A stretch of 64,000 bases of DNA from Marsupella aquatica (GCA_973895155.1 OZ316896.1:14666684-14730683); one strand, 5' to 3'. Shown: positions 50,520-64,000, counted from the stretch's first letter. Notes: generated from the sequence alone by a model not told the origin. Made by a program: numbers and translations.

Positions 50520-52588
50520 ATGGAGGCAGGGAGACTTGTAGAGAAGCGGCTTGGAGAGGATGACAAAACGGGCGCAGCTCAATCTTCTGTGCCGTTGGGC
50601 GGCACCGCCGCGGTCTCGACTGATCGGCCACCTCTGCTGCCGTTGAATGCTGATCTAGGTGTGGATGGAGAACGAAGAGGTAGAGACGCTGCCGATGAGA
50701 AAGACCGGCGCTTTCGAGAGGCCGAGGATCGTGACCGGCAGAGCAGAGAACAAAGAGCTGGTTTGCTTCCATTGCAGGTAGTTTGATATTATGTGGGTTT
50801 CGATGTAGAGATAGATAGAGAGATGGGGCGTGGGGCAATAAAATTTTGGTGTACCTCGCAGGATATGCACATTGTCTTCGGCTTTTGTCTGATTGGACTC
50901 TGTTTTCCGCCTTGGTATTTACGGTTTAAGGTTCGTAGGTTACTGGCTGTTTAGATAACCTGAGTGGCAATCCGATAAAGAGTTGAACGACAGAGAAAAA
51001 TTACGAAGTACAATTATGAGTGTGTAATCGGATCATGACGGTGTTTGACCTATTCCTAGTAGCAATCATTGCCGTAATTATCAGTACATGTAAATAGTCA
51101 TGTCTGTAAACTTGTAGTGATTTCTGTTTTAACACTGAGCGGAGTACCTATCACTATTTTTGTTCGACTCTCGAGGAAATGTAACGATTGCTAGCGAATT
51201 TTCCTTGGCAACAGCACAAGTTTGTTTTCTGGTATACTCGGAGAACTCCCGGAGTACGCATTCAAATGTCATACGAGGATAGTATGAAGAAAATCGCCGA
51301 GTTTAGTACGGTGAGTTCACATTAGTTGTTTTGATTCTCTAGTCATGCCATTTTTCTCTGCATTAACCTTAAGTCGAAAATTTTGGTTTCTACATACTGT
51401 AAATATGTACAAGTAGGGGCTAATGCCGATAGAATAAGCTTCTACTGGAAGTAAGCCAAGTCGTTTGAACTGTATTCAATACATAGTCGTTAGGTTGTCA
51501 ATGAATCCTAGAATTGCCTTACTCGTCTTCAATTCCTGTTAACAGAGGTGCATAACGTAGTGTCTGCTCTGTTTGAATACGGTTGTGTAAAGGCTGACGG
51601 ATTCTGGAGTTGCTACTGCCATCTAGCTCGTGCTTCCACTTTACCCAACCCCACAGATTTTCATCTGTTCAAAGAGGGCATACGACCATTATGGGAGGTA
51701 TATAATGCTCACATGTTTCAGCTTTTCAACCACTGTATTCATTATGATACCTAAAGTATTTCTAGGGTTCTGCGCAGTCTGTTTCGAATAGGTTATTCAA
51801 GAAGCCCTGAACATTCTAATCAAGATTGGTCGCTTCATGGGGACCTGAGTGATAGACAGGGTTTTTGAAGTATGTTTAATATGGCTTGCACTTTTCCAGG
51901 ATTCTGCAAATCGTAACGGGGGAAAATGGATTATTCGATTCAAGAAACTGGTTTCTGGACGTTTTTGGGAAGATTTGGTACGTCGCTCGCACTTTTGACA
52001 CCTGTCTAGAATCGACAAGGTTTCTGCACTCTCACTTGAAAAGTAAGTCGCACTTCAGATGTACATGTTTGAAGGATTGTTAGGATTGCAAGATATTCGA
52101 GGATTCCGAATTGGAATCAGCGGACAGTGTCAACTAGTAAACTTGTCATAGAAAGGATTACATCAACATTCAATCGTGCAGGTGTTGGCAATGATAGGAG
52201 ACCAACTAGATTATGGTGATACTGTGTGTGGGGCTGTTTTAAGTATTCGCTTTGGAGAGGACATCCTCAGCGTTTGGAACCGAAATGCATCAGATAATCA
52301 GGTAAAATTTCCAAATAAAAACTTGAGTATATTTTGCAAGTCCGTCGCTATTGCTTTGTTCAAATATTGAGCAATGTCAAGGGTAGCATTGTCATAACAT
52401 TCTATTCAGCTTCCTACGTGCAATGTTCTGACAAGTTTTCTGTTCGGAAATTTCAGGCTGTGATGTCATTGCGAGACTCAATCAAAAGGCATCTACATCT
52501 TCCTGTGAGTTACATAATGGAATACAAGCCGCATGATGCCTCACTAAAAGATAATTCTTCATTCAGAAATACATGGTTGAGGGGCTGA
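50520..52588 (+). CDS. NCBP: novel cap-binding protein nCBP (class II eIF4E / 4EHP), 6 exons
   Basis: Exons 50520-50777, 51215-51310, 51593-51697, 51900-51977, 52182-52301, 52457-52588 give PLQHKFVFWYTRRTPGVR..YEDSMKKIAEFST, FWSCYCHLAR, LFKEGIRPLWEDSANRNGGKW, GRFWEDLVLAMIGDQLD, ending SSFRNTWLRG, which is characteristic of plant nCBP. Confidence 0.95.
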
Positions 52589-53705
52589 AGCTGAAAGTTT
52601 TTGAGGGAACTATGGTAGGAACTAGGGATCAGAATCCAAGTTCATGTAATTTACTGGTGTTGAAGAGGTCGCGTGTAGCGGGACTCAAGTTTACCCTCGG
52701 GTTTTGAGATATGTAAAATCATCCCCTCCTTACTTTGTTGAAACTCACCTCGGAATTGTACTTTCCCTGTGATAATCGTTGTTGTGTATGGGGGCATGGC
52801 TTTCACACTTCTTTCAGCCCAAAATGCAATTAGTGTGACCCGATACACCCAATACGTGTGATGCGAGGTCGAAAAGTCCCCAACCTCAAAAAGAATGTTG
52901 AGGCACAGTAATTGTGGTAGACAGTACAGTTAAGGCTAACAAAATTATTTTGACAAGCTGACAAAAATCAGTGTAACTTGGACTCAAAATCACAAAACTA
53001 GTATTAGAAACACTAATTTTGTAGTAACCCTAGTTTTTGCATAACTCAATAAACCACCACTACCAGGTTCGACCATACATAGGATCCATTTGTGGAACAA
53101 GATCAAACGAGGGAGAAGAAGAATGAGAGTAAAGTGAACAAGGGAGAAGTCTTGGACACTTTCCCTTTTTGTATGGCTACCCCTTTTATATGACTAGTGG
53201 TGGTTCAAGACGAACAGTGTAGAATGGCTGGGATGGCTTATGTTTGTTGATAGATACACACACATTTTGTAAATAGACCTATGCCCAGAATGTGAGGGAC
53301 AGGACATTACAATTCTTGACAGAAAGACACGCTCAAGTGGAGTGGCATCAGTCCAGCCTGTTTTTTAGTTAAACAAATTATGAAATTTGAGGATTTCAAC
53401 TGTCTTTAATGGAAAAGATGCAATACATTGTGTTTGTTGAGCTTGTTTTAAAAATTTTCAACATACATCCTGGATAGGCTATGCAGTGCACTCTTCACAT
53501 TCTGCATCTGCGTACCGGAATATTGCAAACGAAAAAGGGACGGGCTTCACGGGACACAGGCTTTATTGGTTTAGGGCATTCTCCACATACTCAATTAGCT
53601 GAGCAATCAAACGATTGTATTAGCTAAGGTATTTCTACACATTCTAAACTTGATTAACATTGCTGCAAGTAAATGAAGGAATAAAATTAGGAAGTACTGT
53701 AGTTA

Positions 53706-54730
53706 CACTAGGACCGTGGAGTGGCAATGGCAAGGCGTCATTGTATAGACAAGGAAATAGTAGTAGTCTCACTAGGACCGTGGAGTGGCAATGGCAAGGC
53801 GTCATTGTATAGACAAGGAAATAGTAGTAGTCTGTGAAGTACATATATCACATTGTCAAAGAACAAAAATCCCAACTGTCATTGTATAAACAAGAAAATA
53901 GTGGTCTCCGAAGTACATATATCACATTGCCAAAGAACAAAAATCCCAAGTGTCATTGTATAAACAAGGAAATAGTGGTCTGTGAAGTACATATATCACA
54001 TTGCCAAAGAACAAAAATGCCCAACCTGGAGACGCGACACAATCTCAAAGGCCAAGAACCCAATAGAGAGGGGGAAGGGAAATACCCCAAGAAGACTGAA
54101 TGGGCCCCACAAACAGCCAAGTAAAGGGGGGCAAGGGGAAGGGAAAGACCCCAAGAAGACTGAAGAGACCCCACAAACCGCCAAGAACCCAATAAAGGGG
54201 GGAAAAGGGGGGAAAGGGGGAAGAGAAAGACCCCAAGGAGACTCAAGAGTCCACACAAATCAGTCCCAGCCTCAACAAACGAATGAACAGCCCACAAGAG
54301 AAAAGAGAAGACTGAAATCCCTATCCCAACCTCAACAGAAGAATGAGCAGCCACAAGAGAAAAGAGAAGACTGAAATCCCTATCCCAACCTCAACAAAAG
54401 AATGAGCAGCCCACAAGCGAAATGAGAAGACTGAAATCCCTATCCCAACCTCAACAAAAGAATGAATAGCTCATAAAAGAAAAGAGAAGACTAAAACCCC
54501 TACCCATGGAAAGCTGGAAAGCCTGGTAAAATCTGGAAGTAAACTGGTAGAGCCCGGAAGTAAACCCACTTGGAGGGTCACGCAGAGGAACCTGTCTAGA
54601 GTGTGAAGGAAATAAACTGGTAGAGCCTGGAAGTAAACCCAGTAGGAGGGCCACGCACAGGAACCTGTCTAGAGTGTGAAGGAAAATCCCTACCCTGTGT
54701 AAAACTGATAAGCCTGGGTAGAACCTGGAA
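53706..54730. repeat. composite tandem-repeat block (64-, ~75- and ~60-nt units), probably TE-derived
   Basis: A 64-nt unit at 53706/53770; gaagtacatatatcacattg units at ~53836/53910/53984; agaagactgaaatccctatcccaacctcaac at ~54306/54365/54425/54485; and ggaacctgtctagagtgtgaaggaaa twice. Confidence 0.8.
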
Positions 54731-55182
54731 GCTTGATAGACCAGGAGGGTCACTCTCAGAGGAACCTGTCTACACTAGGTGTTTCAAATATGTTCATTTT
54801 TCTTCTTTGAGTGTGCCCTGGCGTGTTGTGGTTTGGGATGACAATCATGACTGGCCGGGCACCGATCTTCATGACACCAGTCACTCCCGGGACAGTAAAA
54901 GGCCCCCATTTCACAGTAAACACACTAGCATTTTCAATATGTAGTGAGGCCAATCATTTTTCGCTACCCAAAAAAGAATTGCTCATTTGTACCCTGTTTT
55001 TTTATCGTTATTTAGACACCCTAGTAGATTGTGAGGGAGGAGGGCTTCAAGTTAACAGAAGGAAAATAGTGGCGTGGTCATGAAAGGCTGAGCTCACTCA
55101 AGCTGCAAGTTCAGTGAACGTGACACCAACAGGAAACTGCAATCCGTCATGGAGGGCCCTCAAGTGACGCCTCCTTCCGTCC

Positions 55183-55665
55183 TTTCCCTGTGTGGCATCT
55201 ATGGGCACCCAAGCTCCCCAAGTCATCACTCTCAACTACGGCACCTGCGTCAAATTCTTCCTGTCCGTGTTGATCAGGCTCGTGATCACCCTCTCGCCAT
55301 CCGTCGTCATGCCCCATGATTCTCCTCCTCCTATCCTTCAGTTGTCTCCCATATAATCTCTCCAGTTGGTCGATCTGGGCATGAATGAATCCACTCTTGT
55401 GACCGGTCACGATGATGTCGCTCGACTCGTATGATTCGTTATTGTCCTCGTTCCTGATTGTGAGTAGAAGGGGAGCTTCTCCGAAATCGTAGTCAGGTCC
55501 CATGGTGCTAGGGCAATTGGGCAGCCGGACCGGAGGCAGTGAACAGATGTCGATGTCGAATGCGTGGCCCAAACGATTTCGCCGGTGTCGATGGTGATGG
55601 CAAGAATGAACTCTGAGTAGTTGTCCGGGCTGATGCAGGGGTCGGGAATCGTTAGCAGGGAAGGA
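55183..55665 (-). pseudogene. fragment of PQQ-dependent polyvinyl-alcohol-dehydrogenase-like quinoprotein (beta-propeller)
   Basis: Across frameshifts: PDPCISPDNYSEFILAITIDTGEIVWAT; NCPSTMGPDYDFGEAPLLL..DIIVTGHKSGFIHA; DRPTGEIIWETT; GGGESWGMTTDGERVITSLINTDRKNLT..WGAWVPIDATQGK. These blocks are collinear with plant PVA-dehydrogenase-like proteins. Confidence 0.8.
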
Positions 55666-55716
55666 GATGAGTTCAAGTGGTGGTGAGCATCGAGATTAAC
55701 TCGCAGAGGTCGAACG

Positions 55717-57254
55717 ATGAACAACAAGCAGAGCAGCAGCAGCGACAAAAGGCCCTTTCTGGATCATTTGGAAGCCTATTTTGCTCGGCGCGATGGTGTG
55801 GACAAGGCGCTCAAAATACTGCGGTATGCGAACAAAGTGGTGCTGGCAACGCCGTGGTTGGTGCAATCGTTTGATCCCGATGTCGTGAAGCGAGTGCGGA
55901 ATTTTGAGTCTAGCGTTGGAACCAGTCGAAAAGCATTTCGGCTGGGGAAGTTTATTCAGGATGTCAATGCTTTGCGGAAGGCTCCGAGCGTTACTTCTCT
56001 AAATGGTTTTCTTGAGGTCGTGGCGACCACTGGCGAGGGAGTTTATTACTTTGTGGAGCAATTTGTTTGGCTGGTAAGTGTTGCCCCTCCATTTTTGTTA
56101 GTCTTCGTCCAACTCCTTACCCTCCATCTCGTCTGCAGCCATGTCCCACGCAGAAGGCTGTTTTCTTCCCGTTTTAATTTATTTTGGGATGTTAATTTCC
56201 TGACAACATTTTGGGGCGTTCCAAGATATTCACTCTTTGAAATCTGTGTTTCAATATAAAACACCTTGAGGCAACTTTCAGCACAGATCCAAATCCCACT
56301 TCTAACTCTCTGGCTTGGAGGTCGAAATGTAGTAACTGCGCTATTGGTATACATTGCATAGTTCAGTGTTTTGGGCTTGAGGCACTCAATCGCGTCCTTC
56401 TTTGTCGTTTATAAATTGAGCAAGTCAACCCTTTTCTGGCACTACCTTTCTGGTGCTAAAGTGAAGTTCTTAAATGAAAGCGGTCGAGCTAGATTCACTG
56501 GCTGTTTCTAGCGTTTGTTTACTGCGAATCGTTTTAAGGTTATTATACTGACGTCTAATCATAATAATAATGTAAATCTCTGATAAACAATCATATCAAC
56601 GCTGAGGGCTTTTCGAATTTGACAAATAGGAGTATTGCACTGCTCCTAGTTGGTTGCACCTTTGCTATAACGACTGAATGCATAAGTACAATTACGTTTT
56701 CTCATGCCGGAGATGGAAGCAGTTCTCAGTGGTTGAACATTATTGTGGGGATGATGGAGAGGTTTATCAACATGCCTGCCAGTGTTTCTGCATTACTTGG
56801 GTACACTTCGTTGGTGTATACAATAATGAACGAGGAGCTCTAACGGTTTATTTTCACCCTGCGACAGGTGAAGGCCGGTGCCATTGACAAGCGGCATTCA
56901 AAGCAGCTTCAGAAATGGAGTGCCTGGGCTGAGTTTATTGGCTATTTGGGAAGTGTCACGCTGAAAACTCTTCAGGTGTCTACATTGCTAGAGCAAGAGG
57001 CAGAACTTGTAAAAATATTGGATAACAAAGATAATGGCCCAGACAAAAAAGTGCAGGCAGTAAGAAAGTTGCAAACATTGCGGGCCAAACGTTTCATGAA
57101 GACGCTCTCCCTCATTCAAGACCTGTCTGACAGTTTGCTTGCCGTCAATGACATAACAGATGGAACGGGGGTCCTGGCTAGACCCCTTTTACTTGCCTCG
57201 GCAGGTCTTACTTCTGCACTAATTAGTACTCATAAGAACTGGAAGAATTGCTGA
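55717..57254 (+). CDS. PEX11A: Peroxisomal membrane protein PEX11a, 2 exons
   Basis: Exons 55717-56073 and 56868-57254 give [91 protein letters not shown]. Confidence 0.95.
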
Positions 57255-58144
57255 TAAGCGATATCTACTTGCTTTCTGCAAAATGTATAGCTTGTTACCA
57301 AAGGCAGAAGGCAAGGATTTGGAAAGAACATATTCTGCGGTCAAAAAATGTCCTTTAAGAGTCTTCTGGAATCCCCACCTAGATGTGGTGGCCGGTGTTC
57401 TTCTGCTGTCTGCTGGAACAACACGTCATGTTGTGTGGATTAATTTCACATAATTTGTCCAAGCTGGGCTGTAGGACTTCAAATTACGTGTTACACTGGG
57501 ATTTGGGTGGCAACAGAATTTCCAGGACACCTACGTGGTTGCAGACAAAAAGGGAAGAACTTAGATTCAGAGATCAAAGATTAAGATTATCATTAAAGAG
57601 TTCAAACACAACCACTATCACTGGGCGAAATCGGGAAACCTCGCTCCTTCAGAACAGATGGACTGCTCCCCCAAAGCCGAATCTGGCGTAGAGCCCTCTG
57701 GTTAATGTTGCAGGTCTCCACTCAGTCTTGCCATCGAGCTTGAAATGAGGCAAAGGTGATCTGCCTTTTTGTGATCCAGACCAAGCTATCCAGAGTTGAG
57801 TACCCGTACCAAAGTGGATACACGTCATGGGAGCAACCATGGTGCTGGGTCAAACGGGGTAAGAACCAGTTTATGTCTCCAAATCTAACCCGACTCCCAG
57901 CTTGATACCAAAAACTTTAACTGGATCAAAACGTTAACTGGGCCAAGTGAACAGAATTTTGGAGCTCGTCTAAAGATGGTCTACTCTCTTGGCACAATAT
58001 TCTCACCTTGAAACTTGAGATACAGGTCCCACCTACTCAAAATAGGATTGGGTTGTGGCTACCTCTTTTTGTAAGAAGAAATTTGTCGCATGTTATAATG
58101 GATGGAAGCAAATTAATGTACGAACAAAACTGTCCAAAACTGCG

Positions 58145-58420
58145 GCCTCTTCCACTATGTAAAGTGCCCTTCAGTTACTGATTTCCCATAGGTGGAGTGT
58201 GCTGACTCATTCCTTTGCCAGAATTGTCTGATCGAGTTTAGGTCTTCTTCCACTATGTAAAGTGCTCTTAAGTTTAATGTTGTCCTATCGGTAGTGTATT
58301 GACTCATTCCTTAGTTAGGATTGTCTGATCTAGTCTAGGTCCTCTTCCACTAGGTAAAGTGCCCTTACTTTTAATCTTGTCGTATTGATGGAGTGACTCG
58401 TTCTTCAGCTAGGATTGTCT
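58145..58420. repeat. ~97-nt degenerate tandem repeat x3
   Basis: tcttccacta(t/g)gtaaagtgc..gactc..ttc..ggattgtct recurs at ~58148, ~58246 and ~58342. Confidence 0.8.
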
Positions 58421-58540
58421 TGACCCTTCCTTTGAAGTGTTCACTTTGAGACAAAACTAAAGTGTGCCGTTTATGGAAGAGCCAATCTGATGATCACAAA
58501 GCGAGCGAGTGGGGGCAAATGTGAAGCATTACGGGAATTC

Positions 58541-58545
<5 letters not shown>

Positions 58546-58582
<37 letters not shown>
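58546..58582. repeat. (AT)n microsatellite
   Basis: Perfect AT run. Confidence 0.95.
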
Positions 58583-58587
<5 letters not shown>

Positions 58588-59279
58588 AAAAGAACAAGTA
58601 GTGTCTTACAGGATCCCAAAGGCAAAAGAAGCCAAGAATATGGGGCAAAAGAAAGGGGAAAACCTGGGAAACCCGAAGAGCCAAAACCCCGTGTTCATGT
58701 AACTTCAGTATTCAGCATAGATTGTCACAAATAGGGGAAGGGAGGCCTCGAAGCTATTGCACCCCGTGTTTAAAGTGGCACGGTATTCTCAGAGTTGGGA
58801 AGGGGGCCAAGCTCTGGAGAAACACGGGCCGGGGCCCTTCGACCTGGGCAGGATTTGCCCGTGCGATTTACTACTGTAGCTGGCACGCGATTGCGTGTTA
58901 AAGCGGGCCAGGGCCAGGAGTTGATTACTCATTAGTCGCCATCACGAGGGTCGGGCCAAGTCGAGGTACAGGTGATAAAGTTAGGGAGTCAGCCAACGCG
59001 GGTGGAGCAGACACGGGCCGGGTTGTTCCGCAAGTGGGCAAAATGCGACAGCCAACAAGGGCACAACGGGCAAGGGCGGGCTCAAGGGCATAGGGGCCGC
59101 CCGAGCATTGCAACGGGGAGCCGGGTTGGGGTGCAATGCGAAGTGTCCTCGGGGCCGTACACGCACCTACGATAGAATGAGCAAACTAGCAAAGGGAGAG
59201 TTTCCGGTTTAAGGGTGTTTGGATGATTCAAACACCCACTTATCCACTAACTAATGTCCAGCATATATATAGCTGGCTC

Positions 59280-59660
59280 ATTCCAAGAGGGGGCTAATTT
59301 CACTTATTCCAAGATAAGTTATCATGTTTTATTTCTGTCATTCCAAGATAAGTTATCATGTTTTATTTCTGTCATTCCAAGACGTCACAAATAAGTTACA
59401 CTATCTTATTTCAGGAATAAAAATAGATAAGAATAATTTAAGTGACTCGCAAACTTACTCTATGGTATCGTATTCAGAAGCTTAAAACATGAATATAATT
59501 TAAAAGTGTGTCGTTCCAAGACGGAGCCTAATTGAACTTATTCACAAATAAGTTATACTATCTTATTTCAGGAGTACAAAAAAGATAAGAATAATTTCAG
59601 TGACTCACAAACATGCGCCATCCTATCCTATTCAGTAAATTGAAACATTGAATAAGATTC
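59280..59660. repeat. AT-rich nested duplications (34-nt tandem and ~155-nt duplication)
   Basis: ttccaagataagttatcatgttttatttctgtca occurs twice, and tcacaaataagtta..ctatcttatttcagga..agataagaataattt..agtgactc occurs twice. Confidence 0.75.
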
Positions 59661-60339
59661 AAATTTTCATTTGCGGCAGTTACTCCTGTGTACATATGGT
59701 AAACCAGGAAAGTGGCCCATTCCAAGATCTGCATTATACCTCTTTTTTTGTCTTGTAGTGACATGTAATACATCTAATTTATTTTATGATAAAAGAAGTA
59801 GATACATGTAAAATATATGTCAAGAAATTAATAATTAAGAGTGAGTGACATAACACACAAAACCATAAGTACATATGCAAACAAAACACATTATGACCAA
59901 GAAAGTACAAATTATGACCAAGTAAAAAGGTACTAAAGAGTTGTGCACATAGAATATTTTTTCACTTGCTTCTAGGTAATGACAGTAAATTCAATTAAAA
60001 CCATAAATTTTGTAAAGTAAACCACAAGGGGAACTTAGTACACCAAATGTGCACATTCTTAAAATACATTTCTCTCACTCTCATGAGAAAAAAGAGAATT
60101 CATGAAGGAGGATATTGAAAAGAAAAGATTAAACATTTATGAGGGGAGCCAAATACATTCAAAATACTCTAAGTTCACTGAATTAAAAGGGACCCAAAAG
60201 ATGATTCACCTTGTTAAGGCAAATTAAAATCAAAATACTGGACACAAAGTCTGAATAAGACAAAAATTGAAAAGTGGATTCAACATATAGCAACTTCATG
60301 ATTTCCAAGATTGACAGTCAAGCCAATGCACATACAGTC

Positions 60340-63120
60340 TCTACGAAGATGAAGTTGGTCAGCTAAGGGAGCAATAAGAGTTTTTTTGTTCCTTTTGATC
60401 TGGGCACGACGACGGTTTTGATTAGGGCTTCTATGGCAATCGTTAGTTTGAACAAGTCGGTCTGTCGGACTGATGTGTGAAGAAACAAGTCCTTCCAGGA
60501 CAGGGCTCATTCCAAGACAGGGCTTGATGATTTGGTCGTTTTGATTTGTGCTCGTCGGTCACCTGAGGGAACCAAAAGGGCTGTTTTGTTTCTTTTTATT
60601 TGGGCACGCCGATTGTTTCCATTTTGATTGGGGCTTGACCCAGTGCAATTGCTTTTGTTGGGATTGCCAAGCCGGTCTGTTGGACTGGTGTGTGAACAAA
60701 CGATAACGGTCCTTCCAGGATTAGGGCTTGATGTTTTGTCATTTTGATTTGTGCTCGTCTATTAGCTATGGGAACAACAAGGCTGTTTTGTTTCTTTTGA
60801 TTTGGGCATGACTATTATTTCTGTTTTGATTGGGGCTTGACCCAGTGCGAATGCTTCTGCAGGGTTCAATTCATTTGGGATGATATTTTCTTTCTTGACA
60901 TTGGCAGTCCTTTAGAAACTTGGAGGTCTACAACAAGCACAACATTGGTTTCATCTGTTGGCAGTGAGTTAGATCAATCTGTCTAATACACCTCTGTCCA
61001 TTTCTTTTTTGCATGCATTTGCAGTCCTTCAAGAAGTTGACAGACAGAGACAACATTGGTTTAATCACAAGTTGCAGCGAGTCAGATAAGACGACAGGCG
61101 ACATTAAATGAATGCAATCCATTTGCTTCTCCTCTGTTAGTTTCTTTTGTGCATCCTTTTGTTCTTTGTGATTTGTACTGAAAAAAGTGTGCTATCAAGA
61201 GAATTGAGTGAGTGCACATTCGGTTTGGCTGGCCACAAAGCTAAGGGAACGATAAGGGCTGTTGGAACAACATTGAGGCCCTCTACAAAGATCAAATTGG
61301 TCAGCTAGGGGAACGATAAGGGCTATTGGGATGGCAGCAAGGCCCTCTCTACGAAGGGTCTTTACAAGATTAGGGTTGTACTTCTTTCGATTTGGGCTAG
61401 TCTGTTACACCTCTATCCATTTCTTTTCTGCATGCATCTGTAGTCCTTCAAGAAGTCGACTGACTGAGACACCATTGGTTTAATGAATTGCAGTGAGTCA
61501 GATAAGACGACATGCAATGTAAAATGAATGCAATCCATCCGCTTCTCCTGTGTTTTTTTTCTTTTGTGCATGCTTTCGTTCTTTGTGATTGTACTGACAG
61601 AAGTTGAGAGAACGATAAGGGTTGTTGGGACAACATTGAGGCCCTCTACAAAGATCAAATCAATTTGGGCTTGACATGGAGGTTTGTGACAGAGACAACA
61701 TTGGTTTTCATATTAGATCGCAGGGAGTCAGATCAATCTGTCTGTTTCATCCGTTTCTTTTTTGCATGCATTCGTTGTTTCTTATGCTACTGACAGAAGT
61801 GTGTTGTGCATGTGATTGTCATGTATGAAAGCAATGGATGTGAGATAGAGTGAAGAAAGGACCACCAGGTTCTGGTCATGCAGAGGGACTGTACGTGAGA
61901 TCATAAGATCATATTATGGTATGTACATCTTTTTTATAGAGGCAAATTGTATTCATGTGAGATTTACTCATTGTTTCAGTATGGATAACTTTAATGAAAT
62001 AATGTGTGAGGTTCTGAGGATGCAGTGGATTTTGACATAGAACAAAAGAATGAAGTGGAGCTTAGGGCCCAAGATGAGCTTGAATTGATAGTTGGGCCAT
62101 TTTGATTTGGGCTTGTGTTTTTTCTCAAATTGTTTCATTTGGGACGATGATTGTTCTTTCAATACATTAGCGGTCCTTCAGGAACATGGAGGTTTGTGAC
62201 AGAGACAACATTGGTTTGATTAGATCGCAGGGAGTCAGATCAATCTGTCTGTTTCATCCGTTTCTTTTTTGCATGCGTTCGTTGTTTCTTATGCTACTGA
62301 CAAAAGTGTGTTGTGCATGTGATTGTCATGTATGAAAGCAATGGATGTGAGATAGAGTGAAGAAAGGACCACCAGGTTCTGTCATGCAAAGGGACTGTAC
62401 GTGAGATCAGAAGATCATATTCTGGTATGTACATCTTTTTTATAGAGGCAAATTGTATTCATGTGAGATTTACTCATTGTTTCAGTATGGATAACTTTAA
62501 TGAAATAATGCGTGAGGTTTGGGAGTCTGAGGATGCAGTGGCTTTTGACGTAGAACAAAAAAACTAAGTGGAGCTTAGGGCCCAAGATGAGCTTGAATTG
62601 ATAGCTGGGCCATTTTGATTTGGGCTTGTGTTTTTTCTCAAATTGTTTCATTTCGGACGATGATTGTTCTTTCAATACATTAGCGGTCCTTCAGGAACAT
62701 GGAGGTTTGTGACAGAGACAACATTGGTTTGATTAGATCGCAGGGAGTCAGCTCAATCTGTCTGTTTTGTCCATTTTTTTTGCATGCGTTCGTTGTTTCT
62801 TATACTACTGACATAAGTGTGTTGTGCATGTGATTGAAGGTATGAAAGCAATGGATGTGAGATAGAGTGAAGAAAAAAGGACCACCAGGTTTTGGTCATG
62901 CAAAGGGACTGTACGTGAGATCAGATGATCATATTTTGGTATGTACATCTTTCATATAGAGGCAAATTATATTCATTTGAGATTTGTTGTCATTTCAGTA
63001 TGGATAACTTTGATGAAATAATGCATGAGGTTCGGGAGTCTCAGGATGCAATGGCTTTTGACATAGAGCAAAAGAACTAAGTGGAGCTTAGGGCCCAGGA
63101 TGAGCTTGAACTGATAGCTG
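60340..63120. repeat. repeat-rich region ending in ~510-bp tandem array (2.8 copies, 61674-63120)
   Basis: Units start acatggaggtttgtgacagagacaac at 61674, 62184 and 62697. Shorter related duplications occur in 60340-61670. Confidence 0.85.
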
Positions 63121-64000
63121 AAGATTGGTCTAGTTTTTTTAAGTAGAATAAATTACACTTTGCTAAAGGACATGTCACTCTCTATCACACCAGAGGCATT
63201 GGGCACAAGCTAAAGATGCATGCACATTATCTAGTAATGCAACCAATCTGTAGTTGACAGCAATTGTTTGGAGGTGGGTTTTGTATCATAAAAGCTCAAG
63301 TACTAACAGTGAAGTGGTTTTTGGTAGTAGACTGGAGAGAGGCATCCGGATGTGTGCATGATTGTGTGAAAGAACATAAAGACAAGAGGTCTTGTCTTGA
63401 TGTAAGTAAATATGTCCCTGGTGTGCCTTTGTTGGACAATATTGCTACATTTTCTCTGTCAATTCCTTGGGCCATAGTTCCTGTATGGTTTCAAAAGGAG
63501 TGTTCACATATTAGTGTTTTTTATCCAGCCAATGGAGATTATGTAGTGAGGGGTTGCGACTTCATTTTCTTTTAATCATTGCCTTTGCTTGGTTGTCTTG
63601 ACCAGGATATCCCATTTGGCCCATTCCAATTTCTTAGATATTGGATAACCAAAAGAAAGTGATACGTTGTGTTATGTGATAGCGATGGAGACTTGTTCCG
63701 AGTGTTACAAAGTGACTTGCTTTTTTATGTTATGTTTGAAATATATAGTTGAGTTTGCAGTTGCCAAAAAAAAGGCATAAATTGTCAGCAGTGTAAGTTT
63801 GTCTTTTCTGAAGCTTGTCAATCCCTATTTTGTGAGGCATCTTGTTGTTTGATGAGGGACAATCCATTTTTCCTGAGCAGCAAGTGCCTGCAGCACCTGA
63901 GGGTGTAGAAGCTCCATTTTCTCAAGAGCAAGCGTCTGTCATTTCTGAAGAGTCAGTACTTTCAGGAGAGCGTGAGTCAAGCAAAGAGACTGACACATGA

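Overview
Eukaryotic, intron-containing land-plant genomic DNA (compact genes, telo-boxes and the TE types suggest a non-seed plant such as a bryophyte; this is inference). Eight intact spliced genes were reconstructed by hand: organellar-type bL17, RPL7a/eL8, dephospho-CoA kinase, NASP/Sim3 histone chaperone (with a U12-type intron), a GH28 polygalacturonase-like enzyme, MnmE/TrmE GTPase, nCBP (class II eIF4E) and PEX11a. The most unusual object is an 8.8-kb Ty3/gypsy-type retroelement (39488-48316, minus strand, 4-bp TSD ACAT). It lacks two ordinary LTRs and instead has split direct repeats (A...internal...B-gc-A-B-gc-A-B), so its TG...CA termini correspond to a palindromic GACAGCTGTC site inside the PPT-to-PBS repeat unit. 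It has a candidate self-priming site instead of a tRNA PBS, a remnant of a C5-cytosine methyltransferase motif I between protease and RT, and a PHD finger on the integrase. The window also holds a decayed Crypton/DUF3504-like tyrosine recombinase, solo LTRs, a MULE-like foldback element, a quinoprotein pseudogene fragment abutting PEX11, and several tandem arrays.
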